Assembly (NCBI GenBank): GCA_040768125.1
Contig: JAXGNG010000002.1
Span: forward strand, 359,291 to 423,290
DNA: 64,000 bases
Direction of reading: 5' to 3'
Origin: Spirochaetota bacterium
Lineage (GTDB): Bacteria; Spirochaetota; UBA4802; UBA5550
Shown: piece by piece, positions 38,433 through 48,157 of the stretch
Position numbering within the stretch: the stretch's first letter is position 1
Layout of the letters: the number at the start of each line of letters is the position of its first letter
Translations under genes and position numbers: made by a program
The notes under the pieces: model-generated
What the model was told of the DNA's origin: nothing
The model's input: only the letters and a program-made list of their open reading frames with translations
Database searches by the model: none

Positions 38433-39926
38433 TCATTCGCCGTATTTATCCTTCAGGTACTCGAGGTAGGGCGGGACACGCAGCCGGGTGCCGGTGATCG
38501 CGTGTACCAGCTCGTGGAAGGTGTAGCGCGCGCCATGGACGTGTACCTGTTCCCTGAGCCATTCAAGGAGCGATGAGAACCGCCCCCCGCGGATTTCATC
38601 CGGTATCGAGGGCCGGTCCTCGACGGCCCTGCGGTACAGCTGCACGGCAAGGATATTCCCGATGGTGTAGGTCGGGAAATAGCCTATGGCGCCGTGGGCC
38701 CAGTGGATGTCCTGGAGGCAGCCCCGGGCGTCGTCGGGAGGCGTCAGGCCCAGGTACTCCCGGTACTTTTCGTTCCAGACCGACGGGATGTCTTTCGCCG
38801 CAAGGTTCCCCGTGACAAGATCCTTCTCAATTTCAAACCTGATAAAAATATGAAGATTATAGGTGAGCTCATCGGACTCGACCCTGATGAGACCGGGTGT
38901 CACCGCGGTGACCGCGCGGTAGAATCGCTCGGTGTCCACGCCGTCAAGCTGGCCCGGGAAATACCGCTTCAGAATCGGCAGGTAGTGCTCCCAGAATCCC
39001 CTGCTTCTTCCCACGATGTTCTCCCAGAGGCGCGATTGGGACTCGTGCACGCCCAGGGATACGGGCTGGCAGAGGGGGGTGTCGATGGCGTCGAGGGGAA
39101 GGCCCTGGTCATAGAGGGCGTGTCCCGCCTCGTGGATGGTGCTGAAAAGGGCGGAGAGGAGGTCCTTCTCGAAGAAGCGCGTGGTGATCCTGACGTCGTA
39201 GGGCGTGAAGGATGTCGTGAACGGGTGGGCCGAACGGTCCTGGCGTCCCCTCCTGAAATCGAAGCCCAGATCGCGGAGCACTTCGAGTCCGAAGGCCTCC
39301 TGGCGGTCCACTGAAAAATTTTGTTTGAGAAAATCCAAATCTTCATCCCGTCTCCGGGAGACGACATCGCGCACCAGGGGGACCTGCACCTCTTTCAGTT
39401 CGTCAAAAATGCGCTCCGTCTCGGCTGTGGTGAGATCGGGTTCGTATAGATCCAGGAGCGCGTCGTAACGGTTCCCTCCGTGGCCGAGGGCATCGGCCTG
39501 TTCCCGGTTGAGCTCCACGATTTCGCCGAGAATCGGCGCGAAGGATGGAAAGTCGGATTCAGCGCGTGCCCTGATCCAGACGCTGTTGGCCCGTGCGACG
39601 GTCCGTGCCATCCTTGACACCAGGTCCGAGGGGATCCGCGCTTTCCGGTCGTAAAGCCTCCTGGCCGCGCGCACCAGGGCGGCCTCCCGTGAATCGTGTC
39701 CGGCCCCCGCGACCTCCTTTTCGGCCTCTTCGATGAGACGGGCGGTGCTGTCGGAGGTGAGCCATTCGTGACCAACCTCCGCGAGGAGGGCGAGCTGTTC
39801 GGATCGGGGTCCCGAACCGTCCTCGGGCATGCAGGTTTCCATGTCCCAGTGGAGGATCGCGATGGCCTGCTCGATCCTGCTGATTCGCGCCCAGGCCCTG
39901 TTTAATTCGTTGACTTTGGTTCCCAT
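38433..39926 (-). CDS. M32-family metallocarboxypeptidase (Taq-like)
   Basis: HEAGHALYDQG (HExxH) and the M32 HESQS motif (GVHESQSRLWEN). Start trimmed to MGTKVNEL. Confidence 0.8.
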   Translation of the reverse strand: MGTKVNELNRAWARISRIEQAIAILHWDMETCMPEDGSGPRSEQLALLAEVGHEWLTSDSTARLIEEAEKEVAGAGHDSREAALVRAARRLYDRKARIPSDLVSRMARTVARANSVWIRARAESDFPSFAPILGEIVELNREQADALGHGGNRYDALLDLYEPDLTTAETERIFDELKEVQVPLVRDVVSRRRDEDLDFLKQNFSVDRQEAFGLEVLRDLGFDFRRGRQDRSAHPFTTSFTPYDVRITTRFFEKDLLSALFSTIHEAGHALYDQGLPLDAIDTPLCQPVSLGVHESQSRLWENIVGRSRGFWEHYLPILKRYFPGQLDGVDTERFYRAVTAVTPGLIRVESDELTYNLHIFIRFEIEKDLVTGNLAAKDIPSVWNEKYREYLGLTPPDDARGCLQDIHWAHGAIGYFPTYTIGNILAVQLYRRAVEDRPSIPDEIRGGRFSSLLEWLREQVHVHGARYTFHELVHAITGTRLRVPPYLEYLKDKYGE

Positions 39927-40148
39927 CAGGAGGCTTCTCCACGCGTGGTGCCGTGTCCGGAAGAAACGGCTTACGGACATGTTTTTCCTGCCAGAAAAAA
40001 AATCAATGATAAAAGTGTCCATGCGTGCGGCCCCGTCAACCGCTCTGCGTCCTTGCGGACCAGCGTTATTGCCGCGCCATAGTGAGAATCATTCACGGCA
40101 TGAAAAACTGGTTGCGCCGGAGGCGCCGGCTCTGTAGGCTTCCCCATT

Positions 40149-41015
40149 ATGAAAAAAATCGATCTTCACACCCATACCACGGCCTCGGACGGCATATACT
40201 CCCCCCGGGCGCTGATCGACCTCGCAAGGAGCAACGGCCTTGTCGCCATGGCCATAACCGACCATGATACGGTTGACGGCCTCGGCGAGGCCATGGAATA
40301 CGCAGCTTCGGTGGGGTTCAGGCTGTACCCGGGGATCGAGTTCAGCATAGATTACGATGAAGGATCGTTCCATCTCCTCGGCCTCAATCTTGACCATGGC
40401 GACGCCGCCCTGAGAAGCAAACTCCGCTTTCTTACGGGGGAGCGGGAGAAGCGGGCGTATCGCATAATCGATGACCTGCAGCGCCACGGAATCGAGATCC
40501 CGATCGAAGAGGTGCTCGCCGAGTCAGGCGGCGGCTCGATCGGACGTCCTCATGTGGCACGTGTCATGGTGAACAGGGGATACGCCGCGACGATAAAGGA
40601 TCTTTTCCGGGGCTACCTTGTAAAGGGGAAGCCCGGATTCGTTAAAAAGACGCGCATCGCCTTCAAAGATGCGGTTGACCTCATCCATGCCTGCGGGGGG
40701 ATTCCGGTTGTCGCGCACCCGGTATCACTGGAATGCCGCGACATGGACCATTTCGAGACGCTTCTCAGGGGGTTCGTCAATGTGGGAGTTGAAGGTATCG
40801 AGGCCTACGCGGCGATGCACACGCCGGACATGGCTGAAGCCTACCGCGCCCTGGGGGAGCGGTACGGACTCCTGATTACCGGCGGAAGCGATTTCCATGG
40901 AGATAAGGACGAGGTCATCGGGTATTACCGAAAGGGCGAACTGATACCACCGGGCATTCTCGAACGTCTCGAGGAGCGTATCACGGCGGGGCCCGGAAAT
41001 CGACGACGGGACTAG
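40149..41015 (+). CDS. PHP-domain phosphoesterase
   Basis: MKKIDLHTHTTASDG...AITDHDTVDG PHP histidine motifs. Confidence 0.8.
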   Translation: MKKIDLHTHTTASDGIYSPRALIDLARSNGLVAMAITDHDTVDGLGEAMEYAASVGFRLYPGIEFSIDYDEGSFHLLGLNLDHGDAALRSKLRFLTGEREKRAYRIIDDLQRHGIEIPIEEVLAESGGGSIGRPHVARVMVNRGYAATIKDLFRGYLVKGKPGFVKKTRIAFKDAVDLIHACGGIPVVAHPVSLECRDMDHFETLLRGFVNVGVEGIEAYAAMHTPDMAEAYRALGERYGLLITGGSDFHGDKDEVIGYYRKGELIPPGILERLEERITAGPGNRRRD

Positions 41016-41830
41016 AGGACGATCAGGAACCTGCCACAGTGGGTGCAGAGTGATATTCCCTCCCGGTTTTTCGTCTGTTCGACGTAAAACGGGGGAATCT
41101 CCATGTGGCATCCGGAACAGCTGTTTTTCTCGACGATGGAGAAGGGGTTCTCCTTTTTTTTTCTCATGCGCTCGTAGTAGGTGAGGGAACGGTTGTCTAT
41201 CAGCTTTTTCAGGGTGTCGATTTTCTTCTGGAGCGCGGGGTTTCGGTCCCCCTCGTCGTAGAGTTTGTAGAGGCTGTCAAGCCGGATCAACAGGTCCAGG
41301 TCGGAGGAGGGGACACCTGAAAGGTTCTCCGGGGTGCCGGCCTTCGGGGAGACCTTCTCGGACAGGGAATCAAAATACGCCTTTGACTCTTTTTTTAACA
41401 GCGCGTATATCTTTGAAGGGGCGGTTTCGCTCTCGATTGCTTTTCTTTTCGATTTGTTCGAGAAGATCCTGGCCATCATCCCGATAAGATACAGGTACCT
41501 GGTGCTCAGCTCAGTGGGGAAGATGCTGAGAAGCACGTACTTGACGGGCCTGTCATCAATGGACTGGTAATCGATCGGGCTTTCAAGGATGCCGAAGATG
41601 GCGATGAGATCGGATACCGATTCTGTGCGGGCGTGGGGTATTGCGAGGCCGCCCCCTATACCGGTGTTTTCAAGGGATTCGCGGTGGATAATCTGGGCGT
41701 AGTAGCGTTCCTTGTTGTTTATGTAACCCAGTTCCTGGAGTTTGTCGACGAGTTCCTTTATTACCAGCTGTTTTTCCGTGGATTTTATCTTGATAACCTG
41801 TTTGCGGTCGAAAAATCCTTCAAGATCCAT
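41012..41830 (-). CDS. PTS EIIA(Ntr)-like domain fused to a coiled-coil / C4 zinc-ribbon C-terminus
   Basis: EIIA type-2 His region NTGIGGGLAIPHART, then a coiled-coil-like segment and CSGCHMEIPP...CTHCGRF. The start is set downstream of tRNA-Pro; the ORF's 5' extension overlaps the tRNA and is rejected. Confidence 0.6.
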   Translation of the reverse strand: MDLEGFFDRKQVIKIKSTEKQLVIKELVDKLQELGYINNKERYYAQIIHRESLENTGIGGGLAIPHARTESVSDLIAIFGILESPIDYQSIDDRPVKYVLLSIFPTELSTRYLYLIGMMARIFSNKSKRKAIESETAPSKIYALLKKESKAYFDSLSEKVSPKAGTPENLSGVPSSDLDLLIRLDSLYKLYDEGDRNPALQKKIDTLKKLIDNRSLTYYERMRKKKENPFSIVEKNSCSGCHMEIPPFYVEQTKNREGISLCTHCGRFLIVL

Positions 41831-41871
41831 AGATGCCCGCCGGTAAAAATGGAATAGAAAAAAGCAGCTAT

Positions 41872-41945
41872 TCGGGGCGAGAGGATTTGAACCTCCGACC
41901 CCTTGACCCCCAGTCAAGTGCGCTAACCGGACTGCGCCACGCCCC
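41872..41945 (-). tRNA. tRNA-Pro (anticodon GGG)
   Basis: Cloverleaf read by eye: 7-bp acceptor stem GGGGCGT/CGCCCCG, anticodon stem CTTGA/TCAAG with loop CTGGGGG (U33, GGG at 34–36, G37), T-arm GGAGG-TTCAAAT-CCTCT, discriminator A. Confidence 0.85.
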
Positions 41946-42125
41946 GAATCTGATGTCGCCGGAATCGCATCCAACCCGATGATCAACCCGCGAGAGGACG
42001 ATGGATTGTGGGCCGGAGATGAGCCGTGACAACGACGGTGGCCATAATCAGTCATAACCCCCTGCCCGTCAAGCTTTATTGTGACACCCGCGGCGAATGT
42101 CGCGGAAGATCGGGTGACGGGAGTA

Positions 42126-43940
42126 TCAGTCGGGCGCCATTTCCTTGAGGGCCTCGGCTATCCTGCGTGCCGTTTTTTTCCCTATCCCCGGTACGCTCTG
42201 CAACTCCTCGACGGTCGCGTTTCTGACGGCCCGGATCGACCGAAAGTGGCCGAGAAGAGCGGCCTTTGCCGCGGCGCCGACGGGAAGGCCGTCAAGGAGG
42301 GATTTCCTGCTTCTCGCGCTCCTCAGCGTTCGGTGATAGGCCAGGGCAAAGCGGTGGGCCTCGTCTCTCAGGGCCGTCAGGATCGTCCGTCCGGGAGATG
42401 AAGCAAGGAGCCTTATCGGGGGACTCCCGGGTTCGGTGTAGATATCTTCGAATCGTTTCGCAAGGGAGACGACACGGACGGTCTTACTGAAGTTGCGTAT
42501 TCCTTCCATGGCCCTGGAAAGCTGCGTCTTCCCTCCGTCCACTACGATGAGATCCGGAAGTTCAAGGTTTTCGTTCACAAGGTGCTGCATGCGGCGCGAT
42601 ACCACCTCGTGGATCATGGCGGGGTCATTGGGCGCGCCGTAACCGCGAATCTTATAGCGTCGGTATCCAGACGGATCGGGACGACCGTCGCGGAATACCA
42701 CCATCGATGCCACGGCGTCGGACCCGCCCAGGTTGGATATGTCGAAACACTCGATGACACGGGGAATCTCATCGAGAGACAGGACGCCGCGGAGCTCTTC
42801 GAGTCCCTCGCGCGTGTCCGCCCGGGCGCGGGCGGCATACCGCTCCGCGGCGATGACGTCGATATTTTTCTGAATGAGGTTGATGATGCCCCGATCATCC
42901 CCGGTCCGTGGCCGCGTAATCCTGACCTTTTGATTCGATTTGCCTGAAAGGAACGTTTCGAGAAGTTGCCGGTCCGGGACGTCGTGGGCCGTGATGATGC
43001 GGTGGGGCACGTCGGCGCGGTCATAGTGGTCCCGAAGGAATCCGCCGATGATCTCGCCGGGCGCCGCGTATTCCACGTTTTCGCAGATCCCGATTTTTCT
43101 GCCGAGGAGGACGCCGCCGCGGAATTCGAAAAGCACCAGGACCGCCTCGGTGTCGAAGACCGAGACTCCGATTGAGTCCTGGTCGGTTGCGGCGGGAACG
43201 TGCACCTTCTGCGATTCCGAAATCGCCTGGATATCATACAGCATGTCCCTCAGTTCAGCCGCACGTTCATAGTCGCGGCGGTTGGAATGCTCTTTGATCA
43301 ATTCACGAAGATTCGACACCACGGGCGCGATCTTCCCTTCGAGAAAGGAGATCGCGTTGTCCACGATGGCCCGGTATTCCTCTTTTGAGAGCACTCCCTG
43401 GCATACCCCGGCGCACCGGTTGATCTGCCGGTTCAGACAGGGCCTCTCATGCGGGGCCAGGGGGAGGTTCCTCCTGCAGGTCTTCAGCTTGAAGATGGAA
43501 TTAATAAGGTCCACGGTGTTCTTTGCGGCCCTGGCGTCGGTGTATGGACCGAAATACCTCGTTCCGTCCTTCCTGATCGTCCTGGTATAGGTGACCCTCG
43601 GGTAGTCCTCGCCGAGCGTCACCGCGATATAGGGATAGCGCTTGTCGTCCTTGAGACGGACGTTGAATCTGGGGCGGTGCTTCTTGATGAGAGAGCTTTC
43701 AAGTATGAGCGCCTCGATCTCGGAATCGGTAAGTATCCATTCGATATCACGGATGTTCTTTACGAGGATTTTCGTTTTCGGATCGATGACGTTCTCACGG
43801 AAATACGAGGCGACCCTTTTTTTTATGGACGACGCCTTGCCTATGTAGATAATCGACCCGGAGCCGTCCTTCATCAGGTAGACGCCGGGACCCGAGGGGA
43901 AGGTCTTCAGTCGTGCATGGACCGGATTGACTTCAGGCAT
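42126..43940 (-). CDS. uvrC: excinuclease ABC subunit C
   Basis: N-terminal GIY-YIG (PGVYLM...IYIGKA), UvrBC-interaction region, RNase H-like domain and C-terminal HhH (GIGKKTARRI). Confidence 0.9.
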   Translation of the reverse strand: MPEVNPVHARLKTFPSGPGVYLMKDGSGSIIYIGKASSIKKRVASYFRENVIDPKTKILVKNIRDIEWILTDSEIEALILESSLIKKHRPRFNVRLKDDKRYPYIAVTLGEDYPRVTYTRTIRKDGTRYFGPYTDARAAKNTVDLINSIFKLKTCRRNLPLAPHERPCLNRQINRCAGVCQGVLSKEEYRAIVDNAISFLEGKIAPVVSNLRELIKEHSNRRDYERAAELRDMLYDIQAISESQKVHVPAATDQDSIGVSVFDTEAVLVLFEFRGGVLLGRKIGICENVEYAAPGEIIGGFLRDHYDRADVPHRIITAHDVPDRQLLETFLSGKSNQKVRITRPRTGDDRGIINLIQKNIDVIAAERYAARARADTREGLEELRGVLSLDEIPRVIECFDISNLGGSDAVASMVVFRDGRPDPSGYRRYKIRGYGAPNDPAMIHEVVSRRMQHLVNENLELPDLIVVDGGKTQLSRAMEGIRNFSKTVRVVSLAKRFEDIYTEPGSPPIRLLASSPGRTILTALRDEAHRFALAYHRTLRSARSRKSLLDGLPVGAAAKAALLGHFRSIRAVRNATVEELQSVPGIGKKTARRIAEALKEMAPD

Positions 43941-45066
43941 CTCTCTCCCTGAGCCTTTGTATCTTTTCAATGTATTCCGCGCTGAGGCGGAATGATGGAT
44001 TTATCGCGAGGGCCTTGCCGAACATTCTCTCGGCGCCGTCGTAGTCCCCCTTTTTGGCGTGGGCGACGCCGAGATTGAAATAGCTCCCGAACCCCGCCGG
44101 CTTGATCGCGACTATCGCGTTGAACACCGCGATGGCATCGTCAAGGCGGCCGTCCTTTAACAGGGACACACCCGTGGAGAACAGGGGAGCGGTGTCCGCC
44201 GCGGGGGGGGCCGTTTTCGACGGCCTCTCCTTCATCTCCTCGACCAGGGCGTTGAAGGACAGCGCAAGGCGGCTGAGCTCGGTGTCTGCGGTTTCCCTGA
44301 GGGCCACGCCGAGATCGCCGCCCGCCGCTTTTTCCATGGTGTCCGACAGGTTGCGTATGAGGAGCGAGTAATTGTGCGCCAGAATGATGGAAAGCGCGAT
44401 GGCGCCCAGTACCGTGATCAGTGTCACCAGTGCCATGGAGATCCGTATCATCCTGGTTTCACGGACATAGGTGCGTATGGCGTGCCAGGAGTCGGCCACG
44501 CTCATCCGGCACTGTGCTACCGCCTTCCTTCCGCCGATCCCGAGGGGGATATACACGTTCTGCCAGGCACGGCCGTCCTGGTAGTAGATGTCGGGGTCCA
44601 CGACGGGGTCGAGAAGACCCCGCTTGAGATAGTTCATCTCCTTTTCTTCCTTTACCGTGTCCGATTTCTCGATTTCAGGCCGAAGGCCATCGAGAAAGGA
44701 TATCGTCTCCGCCACGCGGAAGAAATTCTCATCTTCGGTCTTTCTGAATACGTTCACCATGAAAAGATCTTCGATGGCGGCTCCGCGTTCCCTTATTCGA
44801 AGGGACGCCCCCTCGATGGAGCCACGCTCCGTTTGTTCCGACAGGGGGAGCGTGGCGCGTAAAAGCGAGTCGGCATTCTGCGACGCAATAGCCTTGCGCA
44901 GGATCATGGCGCTTCTTTTCATGGCGATATGGAACGAAACGGAGAGAGTGAGTATGAACAGAGACAGGAGCAAGGCGACAATGACAATATAGCGCCTCGT
45001 GAGGCTTGATTCGCCTTTCACTTTGAAGATACCTGGTAGTGATCGAAATGTGGCACGCATTGGCAT
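43933..45066 (-). CDS. membrane protein with a HAMP-like linker and C-terminal TPR repeats
   Basis: Two TM segments, a HAMP-like stretch after the second TM, and a TPR-like C-terminus (FNLGVAHAKKGDYDGAERMFGKALAINP). Confidence 0.55.
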   Translation of the reverse strand: MPMRATFRSLPGIFKVKGESSLTRRYIVIVALLLSLFILTLSVSFHIAMKRSAMILRKAIASQNADSLLRATLPLSEQTERGSIEGASLRIRERGAAIEDLFMVNVFRKTEDENFFRVAETISFLDGLRPEIEKSDTVKEEKEMNYLKRGLLDPVVDPDIYYQDGRAWQNVYIPLGIGGRKAVAQCRMSVADSWHAIRTYVRETRMIRISMALVTLITVLGAIALSIILAHNYSLLIRNLSDTMEKAAGGDLGVALRETADTELSRLALSFNALVEEMKERPSKTAPPAADTAPLFSTGVSLLKDGRLDDAIAVFNAIVAIKPAGFGSYFNLGVAHAKKGDYDGAERMFGKALAINPSFRLSAEYIEKIQRLRERDA

Positions 45067-45253
45067 GGAGTCCTCTCATCTGGTGTATCGGAGACCCATG
45101 ATTGCCGGTATCACCGTTTACGTGGTATCACGGAGATGTCCGGGATCTCTCTTCGCATAGTTGGTAATGCCATGGGTTTTGTAAAGGATTCTTTTCAGGG
45201 CCTTCCCATCAGGGTGTGCCTGGGCCGTTTTTCCCGGCGTTGAAAAAAATAGT

Positions 45254-45286
45254 TGCAAAATGCATATAATATCATATAATGTCTCC
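45254..45286 (+). promoter_or_regulatory. MarR-gene promoter/operator: TTGCAA plus the direct repeat GCATATAAT-A-TCATATAAT, ending 6 nt before the ATG (possible leaderless mRNA)
   Basis: Two TATAAT hexamers inside an 8-bp direct repeat; no Shine-Dalgarno sequence before the ATG at 45287. Confidence 0.4.
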
Positions 45287-45769
45287 ATGGTTGAGCCGCT
45301 TATCAAGAGTCTGCCCGGAGATCTTCTTGAAGAGATCCTTTTCCACGCCCTTCGCACGATCTACCTGTTCGAGCGGTCTGAGGTCGACACCTTTGGCCTC
45401 GATTACCAGCAGATGTACCTCCTGAAAATCCTGAAGAGGAGGTCTCCCCTGAGGGTCAGCGAGATATCCCAGGAACTCCGGATTCCTCCCTTTGCCGGGA
45501 CGCGCCTGGTGCGCCAGCTTGAGTCAGATGGTCTCGTGGAAAAGAAACGGGACTCCAGGGACCGCAGAAATATTTTCGTCGGGATTACCGCGTCGGGATT
45601 TGATACGGTCGGACGCATTGAATCGCATATCAGGGGACTACTCATCGAGCGGCTTTCGCGCTACCCCGAGGAACAGCTGAGGGTGATGATAAACGTGATA
45701 CGGGACCTCGATATGATTCTCGGCGTATCAGATGAGGCCGGAGATGGTGTAACCGGGGAGCTTGCATAG
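45287..45769 (+). CDS. MarR-family transcriptional regulator
   Basis: Winged-helix region LRVSEISQELRIPPFAGTRLVRQLESDGLVEKKRDSRDRRNIFVGIT. Confidence 0.8.
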   Translation: MVEPLIKSLPGDLLEEILFHALRTIYLFERSEVDTFGLDYQQMYLLKILKRRSPLRVSEISQELRIPPFAGTRLVRQLESDGLVEKKRDSRDRRNIFVGITASGFDTVGRIESHIRGLLIERLSRYPEEQLRVMINVIRDLDMILGVSDEAGDGVTGELA

Positions 45770-45803
45770 GGAGTATGCAGAATTATCACACAAGGAGCAT
45801 GTC

Positions 45804-47741
45804 ATGGCGACTTCGTACAAAGGATACATGGGCAGGATGCTGGACATTGATCTCACCACCGGAAAGGTGGGTGAGTACCCGTTAAGCGACCGGGACAGGG
45901 AACTCTTTCTGGGGGGGCGGTACCTCAGCACGAAGATACTCTGGGACGAGCTGAAGCCCGGGATCGATCCGCTCTCCGAAGATAATATACTAGTGGTGAT
46001 GACCTCGCCGCTCACGGGAACCGGAGCGCCCAGCACGAGCAGGTACGATATCTCGGCGAAGAGCCCATTGACCGGAGCGATCGGACATTCAAACAGCGGC
46101 GGCAACTTCGGGATGAACCTGAAACGAGCGGGATGGGACGGGATGCTGGTCCGGGGGAAGGCGAAGAAGCCGGTGTATATCGAGATCAATGACGATACGG
46201 TATCCATTCAAAGCGCCGCGAAGATATGGGGCCTCGATACCCAGGAATCACAGAAGGCTCTTCTCGGGCCCGGGGGCAAGGGGGGGACCATGGCGATCGG
46301 TCCGGCCGGGGAGCACCTTGTAAAATACGCCGCGGTCATTTCGCAGGAGCGCTGTCACGGGAGGACCGGCATGGGGGCCGTGATGGGATCCAAAAACCTG
46401 AAAGGGATGGTGGCCCGCGGCACGAAAAGCGTACAGGTCCATGATCAGAAGAAGTTCAAGGAGACGATCAAAAAGTGGATCAAGCTTCTCCAGGGGCATC
46501 CCGCCACGGGCGAGATCGCTCCGCGCCTTGGCACTGCGTTTTCACTCATCCCCCTCTCGTTACGGAACACCCTGCCGACGAAGAATTTCTCGAAGGGAAG
46601 CTTCGAAAACGCCTACAGCATCAGCGGCGAGCGGCTTGCCGACGAGTTTCTCGTAAAAACCTACGGGTGCATTTCCTGCCCCATTCGCTGCGGACGCGTG
46701 GTCAACATCAAGGGGCATGAAGTCAAGGGCCCCGAGTATGAGATACTCTGCCTGATGGGATCCAACCTCATGATCGATGACATGGAGGCCATCATCAACT
46801 GGAACTACGAGATGGATCTTTACGGCATGGACACCATAAGCACGGGCACGGTCCTCGGCTTCGCTGCGGAGCTCAACGAGAAGGGGCTGTGGAAAAACGG
46901 CATCAAATTTGGCGATAAGAAGTCCATCGGAAAGACGATCAAGGATATCGCCTACCGACGGGGCATCGGCAACGACCTCGCCGAGGGGGTAAGGGCCCTT
47001 TCGAAGAAATACGGGGGTGAGGACTTCGCCCCCCATTCCAAGGGACTCGAAATCGCGGCCTACGAGCCGCGGGGGACCACTGCCCAGGCCCTGGGGTACG
47101 CCACGGCCACCAGGGGGGCCTGTCACCTTGACGCGGGTTACGAGGTCTACATGGAGGTCACGGGGCCGATCACCATGAAGCAGCACCAGTACCGGGGGAA
47201 GCCCCCATGGACCGTCCTCACGCAGAACCTGATGGCCGTGATAAGCGCCGGGGGAAACTGCCTCTTTACCGGGTGGACCTTCGTGCCGAAGCCGGCCTAC
47301 AAGGTCCCCGGGAGCCTTCTGCTCTCGAAACTATTCACCGCCATCATGAGCAACATCGGGTGGCTGATCACCGCCACGATCAAGACCCCGCCCTGGCTCC
47401 TGCGACTTCACCTCCCCTTTCTGCTGCCGCACTCAAAGGCCCTCTCTGAGGCGACGGGTATGAAGATATATTTTGGCGACTGGACGAGGATCGGGGACAG
47501 GGGCTACAATCTTGAAAAGCTTTTCAACCTGAGGGAAGGGATCAGGAAGGACAAGGACACCCTGGCGCGGCGGTTCACCCACGAGCCACTCATAGAGGGA
47601 AGGCCAGAAACGGTCGTGCGCCTTGACAAGATGCTGCCGAAATACTACAGGATCCGGGGATGGGACGCAGACGGGATACCCAAAAAGAAAACATTGAAAA
47701 AATTGAAGCTTGATTTCGTGGACGTTTCACAGCTTCGATAA
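45804..47741 (+). CDS. aldehyde:ferredoxin oxidoreductase (tungsten-containing AOR family)
   Basis: AOR N-terminal domain (MGRMLDIDLTTGKV...LGGR) and C-terminal pterin/FeS-binding Cys motifs; AAGGAG ribosome-binding site. Confidence 0.85.
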   Translation: MATSYKGYMGRMLDIDLTTGKVGEYPLSDRDRELFLGGRYLSTKILWDELKPGIDPLSEDNILVVMTSPLTGTGAPSTSRYDISAKSPLTGAIGHSNSGGNFGMNLKRAGWDGMLVRGKAKKPVYIEINDDTVSIQSAAKIWGLDTQESQKALLGPGGKGGTMAIGPAGEHLVKYAAVISQERCHGRTGMGAVMGSKNLKGMVARGTKSVQVHDQKKFKETIKKWIKLLQGHPATGEIAPRLGTAFSLIPLSLRNTLPTKNFSKGSFENAYSISGERLADEFLVKTYGCISCPIRCGRVVNIKGHEVKGPEYEILCLMGSNLMIDDMEAIINWNYEMDLYGMDTISTGTVLGFAAELNEKGLWKNGIKFGDKKSIGKTIKDIAYRRGIGNDLAEGVRALSKKYGGEDFAPHSKGLEIAAYEPRGTTAQALGYATATRGACHLDAGYEVYMEVTGPITMKQHQYRGKPPWTVLTQNLMAVISAGGNCLFTGWTFVPKPAYKVPGSLLLSKLFTAIMSNIGWLITATIKTPPWLLRLHLPFLLPHSKALSEATGMKIYFGDWTRIGDRGYNLEKLFNLREGIRKDKDTLARRFTHEPLIEGRPETVVRLDKMLPKYYRIRGWDADGIPKKKTLKKLKLDFVDVSQLR

Positions 47742-47753
47742 CGACGCGCGCAC

Positions 47754-47776
47754 GGCCGGGGAAGTCCCCGGCCGCG
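47754..47776. terminator. GC-rich hairpin between the convergent AOR gene and the small ORF (possible bidirectional terminator, no clear U-tract)
   Basis: GGCCGGGG–AAGT–CCCCGGCC perfect 8-bp stem. Confidence 0.35.
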
Positions 47777-47792
47777 TGACGCGCCGGAATCC

Positions 47793-48017
47793 TCAGGCCG
47801 CGTACATGTCGACGTGTTTTATGCCCTTGAGGGGTATCTTTCTTTCCCCGCAATTAATGTCAAAGGTGACGATCATGTCCCCGATGATTGACCTGTTTTT
47901 ATAGAGCTCGATCTCCCTGCCGTCGTCGAGGACAATGACGATATCGAGTCCCTTGATATCAAGATATTTTGACAGCAGCTGTTTGAAGCTCTTCTTCTTC
48001 GTTTTTTTCTGTGCCAT
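47793..48017 (-). CDS. small (74 aa) hypothetical protein
   Basis: Basic N-terminus MAQKKTKKK then DIVIVLDDGREIELYKNRSIIGDMIVTFDI, preceded by an AT-rich promoter-like region. Coding status uncertain. Confidence 0.35.
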   Translation of the reverse strand: MAQKKTKKKSFKQLLSKYLDIKGLDIVIVLDDGREIELYKNRSIIGDMIVTFDINCGERKIPLKGIKHVDMYAA

Positions 48018-48157
48018 GTCGGTTCCTCGATATTCAATAATGGTTTCTGTCAGGACAGCCGGGCTGATTGTTATGTCCCATGTTGAATATCGGTTTATCA
48101 ATTAATATCTTGATTAATTTTTATATATATTGATAGAAAATTGTTAGTACAAATTAA

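Noticed and set aside
41831-42055. N-terminal 75 codons of ORF 41012..42055
   Set aside because: They run antisense through a well-formed tRNA-Pro gene. The protein is trimmed to the ATG at 41830, after which recognisable EIIA sequence begins.
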